A stretch of DNA of 64,000 nucleotides from an uncultured bacterium. Its GTDB lineage: Bacteria > Verrucomicrobiota > Kiritimatiellia > RFP12 > UBA1067. Below are positions 53,854 to 63,300 of this stretch, in pieces. A model generated the notes under the pieces. It saw only the letters and a program-made list of their open reading frames with translations, ran no database searches and was not told where the DNA came from. Location of the stretch: NCBI GenBank assembly GCA_902764415.1, contig CACWVU010000009.1, positions 3,438 through 67,437 of the forward strand. Reading direction: 5' to 3'. The translations under genes were made by a program, and so were the position numbers. The stretch's first letter is position 1, and the number at the start of each line of letters is the position of its first letter.

Positions 53854-55119
53854 ATGAAAATCGTAGAACGCGAGATAAATGGCAGGAAAGGATGTGACAA
53901 AAGGCATGATGTCTCTTGTCGCATGCCTCATCGTGCCTCTGGTCTAACGTCTCGCGCCCCGTGGCCGAAGGTGAAGTTGGAGGCAATCGGTAAGGTCATT
54001 ACAGGTATGACACCACCGACAAAGCATCAGGCTTACTATGGCGATGATTATTTGTTTGTAACTCCTTCGGATCTTGGTTTTGATTCGTACTTCATTTCTA
54101 AAACCGAGAGGTGTGTATCACAACAAGGGTACGAGAAGTATCGCAACCGCTTTATTCCTGCAATGTCGACGATGTACACTTGCATTGGATCGACAATCGG
54201 TAAAATAGGACTAAGTCGAGAGACGGTTTTAACAAATCAACAAATTAATTCGATCATCCCAAATGATGCACATGACGCAAGGTTTGTTTATTATTTGATG
54301 CGGTCGTTAACAAACGAGATACGTGCACTTAATGCAGGTTGTGCAGTGCCGATAATTAATAAAGGCGATTTTGAAAATATTGATGTGCCATTAGTCCCTC
54401 TCCCCGTCCAGCGGCGGATTGCCGACATTCTTTCCGCGTATGACGACTTGATCGAGAACAACCGCCGCCGCATCGCCATCCTTGAAGAGACCGCGCGCCT
54501 CTCCTACCGCAAGTGGTTCGGCGGGGCGAATACCGCCCGCACAGCCACGCTGGGGGAGATTTGCCAAGCATTTGGCGGCGGCACGCCGAAAACGACCTCT
54601 CCTGAATTCTGGGATGGTGATATTCCGTGGGTTGTCCCCACAGATATAACGCGTAACACATGCCTTGCATTACTTGATACAGAACGAAAGATCACCGCCT
54701 TGGGGTTACAGAAGTCATCAGCAAAGATGCTTCCCGCTAATGCTATTCTTATGACCAGCCGTGCTTCTGTTGGCTATTTCGGCATGGCAGATTTTCCTGT
54801 TTGCACGAATCAGGGATTCATAAGCATTGTTCCTAACAACGATTCGTGGCGGTGGTATCTGCTTTTTAATTTGATGTTGCGTGTTGAAGAAATTCGCAGC
54901 AATGCCAAGGGCTCGACATTCCCCGAAATCAGCAGAGCCAGATTCAGAAGTATGGATGTTGCTATTCCTGATGACAATGCCTTGATTGAGTTTAACAGAG
55001 CTGTTGAACCGCTTATGCAACAAGTTCGGATTCTTGCCAAGCAATCCGCCGCTCTTGCCGCCGCCCGCGACATGCTGTTGCCGAGGTTGATGAACAACAA
55101 ATTAAGAAAGGATGCATGA
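53854..55119 (+). CDS. hsdS: Type I restriction-modification system, specificity subunit
   Basis: Two target-recognition domains separated by the conserved helix LPVQRRIADILSAYDDLIENNRRRIAILEETARLSYRKWF. C-terminal conserved helix ..AARDMLLPRLMN. Start uncertain (53842 GTG, 53854 ATG or 53926 ATG). Confidence 0.88.
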   Translation: MKIVEREINGRKGCDKRHDVSCRMPHRASGLTSRAPWPKVKLEAIGKVITGMTPPTKHQAYYGDDYLFVTPSDLGFDSYFISKTERCVSQQGYEKYRNRFIPAMSTMYTCIGSTIGKIGLSRETVLTNQQINSIIPNDAHDARFVYYLMRSLTNEIRALNAGCAVPIINKGDFENIDVPLVPLPVQRRIADILSAYDDLIENNRRRIAILEETARLSYRKWFGGANTARTATLGEICQAFGGGTPKTTSPEFWDGDIPWVVPTDITRNTCLALLDTERKITALGLQKSSAKMLPANAILMTSRASVGYFGMADFPVCTNQGFISIVPNNDSWRWYLLFNLMLRVEEIRSNAKGSTFPEISRARFRSMDVAIPDDNALIEFNRAVEPLMQQVRILAKQSAALAAARDMLLPRLMNNKLRKDA

Positions 55120-55120
55120 C

Positions 55121-56530
55121 ATGGAAATTACAGTTGGTTACCTTGACGAGGAACGCGTCAAACTTTGGTCGGAATTAAATGCCGTCAAAAAAGCACTGGA
55201 CGAAGCGGTTGCAAAATTGTCGCAAACAGACAAGGCTACGGTTTCGTCCATTCAGAGCTTAGGACAGGCGCTCGAGAGTAAGATTGCAGCAGTAAAGAAG
55301 ATCGCAGATGAAAAGACGCCTGAAGATGTGCAAACGGCGAGTAGGGCGGCGCAAGAAGTTGTCAAGATCAAGAACGATGTCCAGGCACTTCAAAAGGATA
55401 CTGAAGAGCACCGTTCCCGTTTGACAGCAGCGAAAAATGCATTGAAACGAATACAGGGCATCTCGGACAATTGTGATGCTTCAAGCAAAGAAGTTGAAGG
55501 GAATAGGGTAAAGATTGCGGAAGCAACAAAATCTATTGATGCATATCTTGCACAACTTGGCGAAAGAAAAGCTGCAATAGATGATATGATGACCAAGATA
55601 TCGGCCGCGACGGCGTCAAGTGCAGAAAAATCTCAAGAAGTCGCGAATTTAAAGGCACAGGTTGGTAATGCAACGTCCGAAATATCTGCCGCGAGGCAGA
55701 AAATACAAGAATTGCAGGCCGCTTTTGACGGGTTGAAGGAAAAACAAGATGCAGTATTCAATGATTCCAAAGAGACATTGGGTAATTTGAGTTCTGAGAA
55801 TCAAAGTAGATTTGATAAGCTTTATACAACTAGTGAGAAGCAGATAAAGGAACTGGAAGAGCGCATTAATAAGCTGTTGCCTGGTGCCACTTCACTTTCC
55901 TTATCGTCAGCCTTTGAAAAACGGAAGAAAGCGGTAGAAAGAAACAAATGGTGGTGGGCAACTTTGCTTATCGCATCGGCTGGTGGAATAGTGTACTTTG
56001 GGTGGTGGTCATTATCACTAATGATGAACAATATGGCGTCTACACAGTCTGCTGGACTGCCGTTGTCAACAATCCCAATAAGAATAATGATTATTGCCGG
56101 ACTTGTTATAATTGAGGAGTTTGCGCGACGCAACTACAATGTTAGTTCGCGTCTTGCTGAAGCGTATGCGTATAAAGAGGCGATTGCGCAGTCGTATGTT
56201 GGCTTTAAGAAGGAGCTAGCAGATATTGATTTACCACCTCGCAGAGAAGGTGATATTGTAAAGTCTATTGCGGTATTAGCAGATACATTTTTACAGAAGA
56301 TTGGAGATGAACCAGGCAAGAAAGTTTTTGACAAAGAGAAACCTGCTCTTGGTGTTATGCAGGCCATATCAAAGATGAGTGGACAAGAAGATGTATCTCA
56401 AGATAATAAGGTACAGATTGTTGCAACGGCCACAACGTTCTTGTCAAAGATATCGTGGCCTATCGTTGCTATGGTGACTGTTCTGGCAATAGCAGGATGC
56501 ATAATTACATGGCTTGCGATGCGAGGGTAG
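55121..56530 (+). CDS. Coiled-coil protein (~270 aa) with a C-terminal membrane module (TM hairpin + terminal TM helix); no family recognised
   Basis: Long heptad-like, E/K/A/Q-rich N-terminal half. TM segments WWWATLLIASAGGIVYFGWWSLSLMM, IPIRIMIIAGLVIIEEF and WPIVAMVTVLAIAGCIITWLAM. AAAGGA lies 8 nt before ATG 55121 (alternative ATG at 55112 overlaps the hsdS end). Lowest-GC gene of the island by eye. Confidence 0.7.
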   Translation: MEITVGYLDEERVKLWSELNAVKKALDEAVAKLSQTDKATVSSIQSLGQALESKIAAVKKIADEKTPEDVQTASRAAQEVVKIKNDVQALQKDTEEHRSRLTAAKNALKRIQGISDNCDASSKEVEGNRVKIAEATKSIDAYLAQLGERKAAIDDMMTKISAATASSAEKSQEVANLKAQVGNATSEISAARQKIQELQAAFDGLKEKQDAVFNDSKETLGNLSSENQSRFDKLYTTSEKQIKELEERINKLLPGATSLSLSSAFEKRKKAVERNKWWWATLLIASAGGIVYFGWWSLSLMMNNMASTQSAGLPLSTIPIRIMIIAGLVIIEEFARRNYNVSSRLAEAYAYKEAIAQSYVGFKKELADIDLPPRREGDIVKSIAVLADTFLQKIGDEPGKKVFDKEKPALGVMQAISKMSGQEDVSQDNKVQIVATATTFLSKISWPIVAMVTVLAIAGCIITWLAMRG

Positions 56531-56655
56531 TTTTATCATAGCGGATAGCCTATGACCTGCCGAATCTCCATAATCAGTGCACAGCATGCGTTAGAAAGGG
56601 ATTTTAAGTCCCTTGCCGATTGTCGCCACACGGAAACGCGCAGTCTGGAGGTGTC

Positions 56656-56883
56656 ATGAGCCAGAAAATCTCCATACGTTTTTACAATGACCGCGAGGTG
56701 CGGGTGGTGTGGGACGATGCGGGTTCAAAGTGGTGGTTCTCCGTGCTGGATATCGTCGCCGCCATCAACCGTGAACCCGACTACGCCAAGACGCGAAACT
56801 ACTGGAAATGGTTGAAGGCAAAGCTGAGGCGCGAGGACAGTCAACTGGTTAGCGCCACTACCCAAAGGAGCGAACTGACATGA
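56656..56883 (+). CDS. Bro-N-like small protein (75 aa)
   Basis: GGAGG lies 4 nt upstream of ATG 56656. ISIRFYNDREVRVVWDDAGSKWWFSVLDIVAAINREPDYAKTRNYWKWLKAKL matches the N-terminal pattern of Bro-N/RhuM-type DNA-binding proteins but stops early. The stop overlaps the helicase start (ATGA). Confidence 0.6.
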   Translation: MSQKISIRFYNDREVRVVWDDAGSKWWFSVLDIVAAINREPDYAKTRNYWKWLKAKLRREDSQLVSATTQRSELT

Positions 56884-59078
56884 TAACGCGTGAACAGGCT
56901 GTGGAGATGTTGCGTCGGGGAATCGGGCGCAATGATGCCGATTTTCGCGATGGTCAGTGGGAGGCGATAGACGGTATTTTGAACCATCGGCGTCAGCTGG
57001 TCGTTCAGCGGACGGGGTGGGGCAAGAGCATGATCTATTTTCTTGCCGCGCGGTTCCTGCGCATGGAAAGGCGCGGCATGACGTTGCTGGTGTCTCCGCT
57101 CTTGGCGCTCATGCGGAACCAGATCGCAGCGGCCCAGCGCGTGGGGATTGTTTGTGACACGATCAATTCAACAAACCGCGATCAATGGCCGGAGATCGAG
57201 GCGCGTGTGATTTCGGGGGCGTGCGACTTTCTGATTGTCGCCCCGGAGCGGTTTGCCAATGAAGAGTTTTGCGTCAATGTGCTTGATCGGATCAAGAACA
57301 ACATCGGGCTTCTCGTCGTTGACGAAGCGCATTGCGTGTCCGATTGGGGACACGATTTCCGTCCCGACTACAAGAAGATATCGAATCTCCTTAAAGGGCT
57401 TCCGCCCAATATGCCTGTCTTGGCAACGACGGCCACGGCGAACATGCGGGTCGTTCGTGATGTCGAGGCACAGCTGGGAGGGCGCGTTGATGTTTCTCGC
57501 GGTAGTCTCGTCCGCAAGAGCTTGTTCCTGCAGAACATCCGTCTCCGCACGCAGGAAGAGCGTCTGGCATGGCTGGCAGAGACGCTGAAAAACAGGATAG
57601 CCGGTTCGGGCGTGGTCTACGCCCTGACGATTCGTGACGCCGAGCGGGTCGCCAGGTGGCTGCGCATGAACGGGCTTTCGGCGTATGCCTATTCGTCTGG
57701 CGCGATGCCGCCGGAAGACATGGACGCGGCATTGCGCGAAGAGCTTGAAGACTCGGAGACGTGGAAGACCGCTGCAAAAGACGAGGCGCGGAGTAATGCC
57801 TATCGCATGTTCCTGGAGGATTTGCTGCTGAAGAACAGGATCAGGGCCCTTGTGGCGACATCGGCGCTGAGCATGGGGTTCGACAAGCCCGATCTGACGT
57901 TTGTCATCCATTATCAGCGTCCGAAGTCGGTGGTGGACTACTATCAGCAAGTCGGGCGCGCGGGGCGCGGCGTCGATTTCGCGTACGGTATTCTGCTGAA
58001 TGGCGACGAGGACGACGAAATCGCCGGATACTTCATCAAGAGCGCATTCCCCAAAGAGCGGGATGTGAAGGAGATGTTGAGCGCCATTGGCGAGAGCGAC
58101 GAAGGATTGTCGATCGTTGAACTAATGGCGCGCATGAACGTGCGGCGCAGCAAGATCGAACAGGCTCTCAAGTTTGTGATGTCCGAGAACCCGTCTCCAG
58201 TCGTGAAGGTGAAGTCAAAGTATGTGGCAACGCCGTTCCTGTCGCAATACGAACTGCCGGCGGCGAACATCCAGCGTCTTACGGACATACGACATCAGGA
58301 ATTGGCGCGAATGGATGAATACGTGAAGACGGGGGATTGCCTCATGAAATTCCTCTGTTCCGAATTGGACAGCCCTGCCGACGAGCCGTCATGCCAGCGG
58401 TGTGGCAATTGCCGTCCGCAGGAGGCCTTGCCGACAGGTTGTGATACTTCTCTTGCGCAAAAGGCCGCCGAGTTTCTGAACAAGTCCGATTTGCCGATAA
58501 CGCCGCGCAGGCAATGGGCAGATGCGGCGACGGCGGCGACGGCGTTTGGGATCGCGGTGAAGAAGAGCATTCCCGCCGCGTTAATCATGGAGGAAGGGCG
58601 CGCGTTGTCCGTCTATGGCGCTGGCGGCCTTGGGCGACTTGTGCCCCAGGGGAAATACAGGACAACGCCGCCGCGCTTTGACGACCGGCTTGTCGAGGCA
58701 AGTGCCGAGCTTCTTGCGAGGTGGAGCCCTGAAAATTGGCCGGAATGGGTGACATGCGTTCCGTCGCGCAGAACGCCGACTCTTGTTCCTGATTTCGCGC
58801 GGCGTTTGGCGGCGAAATTGAGATTGCCGTTTGTCGAGTGCCTGCGCAAGGTGAAGGATACTCCGCCCCAGAAGGAAATGGAAAACTCGTCCTTCCAGCA
58901 GAACAATCTCATCGAGGCGTTCGAGGTTGTCTGTAAGCCGCCGGCAGGGGTGTGCCTGCTTGTGGACGACATGGTGGATTCAAAATGGACTTTAACAATT
59001 GCGGCGGCGATGCTGCTAAAGGCCGGAGCGGCGTCCGTGGTGCCGTTCGCGCTGGCCGATTCTTCAGGAGGAGAGTGA
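56880..59078 (+). CDS. RecQ-family SF2 helicase fused to a C-terminal ComF/ComFC-type phosphoribosyltransferase-like domain
   Basis: RTGWGKS (motif I); VVDEAHCVSDWGHDFRPDY (DEAH + RecQ motif); ATTATAN; QQVGRAGR; CQRCGNC zinc finger. C-terminal WVTCVPSRRTPTLVPDFARRLAAKLRLPF...PPQKEMENSSFQQNNLIEAFEV...VCLLVDDMVDSKWTLTIAAAMLLKAGAASVVPFALA (ComF-like PRTase). Confidence 0.85.
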   Translation: MITREQAVEMLRRGIGRNDADFRDGQWEAIDGILNHRRQLVVQRTGWGKSMIYFLAARFLRMERRGMTLLVSPLLALMRNQIAAAQRVGIVCDTINSTNRDQWPEIEARVISGACDFLIVAPERFANEEFCVNVLDRIKNNIGLLVVDEAHCVSDWGHDFRPDYKKISNLLKGLPPNMPVLATTATANMRVVRDVEAQLGGRVDVSRGSLVRKSLFLQNIRLRTQEERLAWLAETLKNRIAGSGVVYALTIRDAERVARWLRMNGLSAYAYSSGAMPPEDMDAALREELEDSETWKTAAKDEARSNAYRMFLEDLLLKNRIRALVATSALSMGFDKPDLTFVIHYQRPKSVVDYYQQVGRAGRGVDFAYGILLNGDEDDEIAGYFIKSAFPKERDVKEMLSAIGESDEGLSIVELMARMNVRRSKIEQALKFVMSENPSPVVKVKSKYVATPFLSQYELPAANIQRLTDIRHQELARMDEYVKTGDCLMKFLCSELDSPADEPSCQRCGNCRPQEALPTGCDTSLAQKAAEFLNKSDLPITPRRQWADAATAATAFGIAVKKSIPAALIMEEGRALSVYGAGGLGRLVPQGKYRTTPPRFDDRLVEASAELLARWSPENWPEWVTCVPSRRTPTLVPDFARRLAAKLRLPFVECLRKVKDTPPQKEMENSSFQQNNLIEAFEVVCKPPAGVCLLVDDMVDSKWTLTIAAAMLLKAGAASVVPFALADSSGGE

Positions 59079-59079
59079 A

Positions 59080-60399
59080 ATGACGGACATGGATTTTAGC
59101 ATTTCCGAGGACACGCAGGCGACGTTGCTGCTCTGCGGTACCTTGGGCAAGGACAATGGGTCGGCTCGTCCGCTGACTCTGCCGCAGTACAACGCCGTCG
59201 TACAGGCGCTGGTTTCTCTTGACAAGCGACCGTCCGATTTGCTGCATGAGGGTGGGCTTGCCGAGACGATTTGCTCGATGCCAGTGGAGAACGCAAGGTT
59301 GAAGGAACCGGCATCGGCAGGTCGGTTGAAAACCTTGTTGGATAGGGGTTTCGCGCTGTCGATGGCCTTGAATCGGTGGGCGCAATACGGAGTGCGTCCG
59401 ATCGGGCGCGGAGACGGTCTCTATCCGGCACGAATGAAACTGTATCTGAAGGGCAAGGCCCCTGCCATTTTGTATTACGCGGGGAGCGATCAGCTTTTGA
59501 CTGGCGGCGGCATGGCGTTTGTCGGGTCGCGGAACATTTCTGACGAGGCGACGGAGGCAATCCGGCGTGTCGTTCGCGAGTGCCTCGATGCCAACATGCC
59601 CATTGTGTCTGGAGGGGCAAGAGGAGCCGACCAAACTTCCATGCGTACGGCGTTTGAGTGCGGGGGAAGCGTCATCGCGGCATTGCCCGGAGATTTGCTG
59701 AAGACATGCCTTGCGCATGAGAACCGTGAAGCCATTGGTGCAGGAAGGGTTTTGTTGTTTTCCGCTGTCGATCCAGACGAGCGTTTCACGCCGATCAATG
59801 CGATGGATCGCAACAAGTATATTTATGCAATGGCAGATTATGCGTTCGTGGCGCAGTCTGATACGAAGGGCGGAACGTGGACTGGCGCCGTGGAAGAACT
59901 GAAGCGCCCCGAACACCATCCTGTGTTTGTCTATATGGGACGTTCACGCGTCGAGGGGTGTGCGAAGCTTGTCGCGCAGGGGGGCGTTGCATGGACGCCG
60001 TCTGACACTTTGCAGCCAATGCTTGAAAAGGGTGCGGCAACTGCAAATAAACCTACCAAAGCATTACAACCGTCGTTGTTTGATTTTGCGGCGACGCGTA
60101 CGGATGAAGAACATAAAGAGGATATGGCGCTACGACAAGTCTCCGAGCCGAGGGTCAGACAGAGAAGACGTTGCGGAAAAGCATTGATCCTGACGGGTAT
60201 TTTTCGCCAAAGGGATGGAAGATGTTGCTTGATAAGGCCTGTGCCGAAGGGAAATTGGCGCGAACGGAAAAGCCCAAGAAGCGCGGGAAGCCAGACGTCC
60301 TCTATGTGGGGCTCCAAAACGAGGGATGAACATGAGCGTCTATACCGAAGACAATCTGGTGCAGAAGACGACTGCGGAGTATCTGGTCAATTCGCTTGA
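59080..60399 (+). CDS. DprA/Smf-like (SLOG-fold) protein; 3' end probably frameshifted (plausible C-terminus in the +2 frame ends at 60329)
   Basis: GGAGG RBS inside the recQ 3' end. Rossmann core GGGMAFVGSRNISDEATEAI...MPIVSGGARGADQTSM...VIAALPGDL...MDRNKYIYAMADYAFVAQSDTKGGTWTGAVE. After about 60110, frame 0 becomes R/C/W-rich nonsense and overlaps hsdR. The +2 frame reads ...GQTEKTLRKSIDPDGYFSPKGWKMLLDKACAEGKLARTEKPKKRGKPDVLYVGLQNEG*. Confidence 0.7.
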   Translation: MTDMDFSISEDTQATLLLCGTLGKDNGSARPLTLPQYNAVVQALVSLDKRPSDLLHEGGLAETICSMPVENARLKEPASAGRLKTLLDRGFALSMALNRWAQYGVRPIGRGDGLYPARMKLYLKGKAPAILYYAGSDQLLTGGGMAFVGSRNISDEATEAIRRVVRECLDANMPIVSGGARGADQTSMRTAFECGGSVIAALPGDLLKTCLAHENREAIGAGRVLLFSAVDPDERFTPINAMDRNKYIYAMADYAFVAQSDTKGGTWTGAVEELKRPEHHPVFVYMGRSRVEGCAKLVAQGGVAWTPSDTLQPMLEKGAATANKPTKALQPSLFDFAATRTDEEHKEDMALRQVSEPRVRQRRRCGKALILTGIFRQRDGRCCLIRPVPKGNWRERKSPRSAGSQTSSMWGSKTRDEHERLYRRQSGAEDDCGVSGQFA

Positions 60400-63300
60400 C
60401 TGGAACGAGAGCGTCTATGCCATGCAGGAGGTCTTCGGCACGGCGGGGACGCTGGGGCGCGTTGACGAGGGCGAGGTGCTGCTTGTGCGCTATCTCCGAC
60501 CTGCGCTCGAAAAACTGAATCCAGGTCTGCCCGCCGCTGCATACGACGATGCCGTCCGCATCCTTGCGGACACTTCCGTCTCGATGGGACTTGACGCCAT
60601 CAACCGCGAGAAGTACAAGCTTCTTCTCGACGGCATCCCCGTTCGCTACACGGCGGCGGACGGCACGAAGAAAAAGGCGGCGTTGCGCGTCTTCGACTTC
60701 GACGATCCGGACAAGAATCATTTCCTCTGCGTACGCGAACTGTGGTTGCGCGGTTCGCTCGGCCGTCGCCGCCGTGCGGATGTCGTCGGGTTCGTGAACG
60801 GCGTGCCGCTCGTCTTCATGGAGCTGAAGAACGTCACGAAGGACATCTCCATTGCCTACCGCGACAACTTCTGCGATTACCGCAAGGTCGTACCGCAGAT
60901 ATTCCACTTCAACGCGTTCGTGATTCTCGCAAACGGCATCGATGCGAAGATCGGTACGCACTCCGCCAAGTTCAAGTTCTTCCATGCCTGGAAGCGTCTT
61001 TCCGAGGATGAACCGGGTGCGGTGGACATGGAGACGTTGTTGAAGGGGTCATGTTCCAAGGCGAATCTGCTCGACCTCTTCGAGAATTTCATCGTCTATG
61101 ACGAGTCGGCGGGAGCCGTGGCGAAGATCCTCGCCCGCAACCACCAGTTCCTTGGAGTGAACCGCGCGGTAGAGGCGGTGCGCAACCGCAAGGGCACGGA
61201 TGGCAAGCTGGGCGTGTTCTGGCACACGCAGGGTTCGGGCAAGAGCTATTCGATGGTCTATTTCACGCGCAAGGTGCACCGCAAGCTCGGCGGGAACTTC
61301 ACGTTCCTGATCCTGACCGATCGCGATGAGCTGGATACTCAGATCTACAAGACGTTCGCGGGATGCGGAGTTGTCGACAACGACAAGGACGAATGCCGCG
61401 CCGCGAGCGGGGCGCATCTGAAAGCGCTCTTGGGTCAGCACAAGAGCCATGTGTTCTCGCTCATCCAGAAGTTCAACGAGGAGGTGCGCCCCGGCGAGGC
61501 CTACACCACGCGCGACGACGTGATCGTCATCTCCGACGAGGCACATCGGACGCAATACGGGCTTCTGGCGCTCAACATGCGCAACGCCTTGCCGAACGCG
61601 GGGTATATCGGGTTCACGGGAACGCCGCTCTTCAAGGGGGACGAGCTGACGAAGCAGGTGTTCGGGGACTACGTGTCCAGATACGATTTCCAGCGGGCGG
61701 TGGACGACGGGGCGACGGTACCGCTCTACTATGACGCGCGCGGGGAGAAGCTCAACGTCGCCACGCAGGACATCAACGAGAAGATTGCCGAGAAACTGGC
61801 GGCATTTGAGGCGGAGGACGTGGATGTCGCCGAGAAGCTGGAGTCTGAACTGAAGCGCGACTACCACGTCATTACGGCGAAAAAACGTCTTGATCAGATC
61901 GCCCGCGATTTCGTGCGGCACTATTCCGCGTCGTGGGAGAACGGCAAGGCGATGTTCGTGTGCATCGACAAGATCACATGCGTGAAGATGTACGACCTCA
62001 TCTCAAAGTATTGGGACGAGGAAACGAGGTCGCTGGAGGCGAAGCTCTACGCCACGGAGGACGAGCAGGAAGAGCAATTCCTCCGGCGACAGGTGGCGTG
62101 GATGACGGAGACGGTCAAGGCCGTCATTGTCAGCGAAGAACAGAACGAGGACGAGAAGTTCGCCAAGTGGGGGCTGGACATCCTGCCGCACCGCAGGGTG
62201 ATGAAGGAAGGGATGAGTCTGCCCGAGTCGTTCAAGTCAAAGCTGGAGTATGTGGGGCGAGACCGCATGGATGTTGACGAGGCCTTCAAGGCGGATGAGC
62301 ATCCGTTCCGCATCGCCATCGTTTGCGCCATGTGGCTGACGGGGTTCGACGTGCCGTCCTTGGGTACGCTCTATCTCGACAAGCCGCTCAAGGCGCACAC
62401 GCTCATGCAGGCCATTGCCCGCGCGAACCGCGTGAACGAGGGCAAGAACAACGGCCTGATCGTCGATTACTGCGGCATTCTCAAGAACCTGCGTCAGGCA
62501 TTGGCGACCTTTGCCGGGGGAACGGGCGTGTTGGGCACGGAAGGCTGCGAGACGGATCCCGTGAAACCGGAGGAGGACTTGCTGGCGGAACTCGACGAGG
62601 CGATCCGATTGGTACGGGAATGGCTGGAAACGCATGGCGCTTCGCTGACGGCGATCATGGAATCGGACGGTTTTGCCAAGAACGCGGCCATCAACGCTGC
62701 GAAGGAGGCAGCGAACGAGAACGACGAGACACGCAAGCGCTTCGAGGTGTTGTGCCGTGCGTGCTTCGCCAAGTTCAAGGCGTGCATCACATTCGCGGGC
62801 GTTAACCGCTATCGCGGCGAATACGCGGCGATTCGCGTCATCTACATGAGCCTTCAGCAGGGGAAGGCAGATGCCGACATCTCGGACATCATGCGTGAAC
62901 TGCAGAAAATTGTGGATGAGGCTATTGTGCCGCAGGAAGCCGTTGGCGACGAACGTGCACCATACGACATCAGCCGCATCGACTTCGAGCGGTTGAGACA
63001 GGAATTCGCCACGTCCAAGTCGAAGCGTACCGCCGTACAGTCGATGAAGGCGACGGTTGAGGCGAAACTTGCCGCGCTCTTGGCGCGCAATCCCCTGCGC
63101 ACGGATTTCCAGCGGCGATACGAGGAGATTGTCGCCGCCTACAACAGCGAGAAGGACCGGCAGACGATTGAGCAGACGTTCGAGGCGCTCTTGAAGTTCA
63201 TCGCCGAGATGTCGGAAGAGGAGGAGCGTGCGGTCCGGGTAGGGCTCGATGAAGAAACGCTGGCGATCTACGACCTCTTGAAGAAACCGGCGTTGTCAAA

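Noticed and set aside
53854-55119. Phase-variable hsdS (shufflon-type) system.
   Set aside because: There is no second or partial hsdS copy, no inverted repeats within hsdS and no nearby recombinase in the visible part of the island.
56656-56883. Bro-N-like gene taken as evidence for a prophage.
   Set aside because: No capsid, tail, terminase, portal, lysis or repressor genes occur anywhere in the island. Bro-N-type domains also occur in R-M and defence islands.
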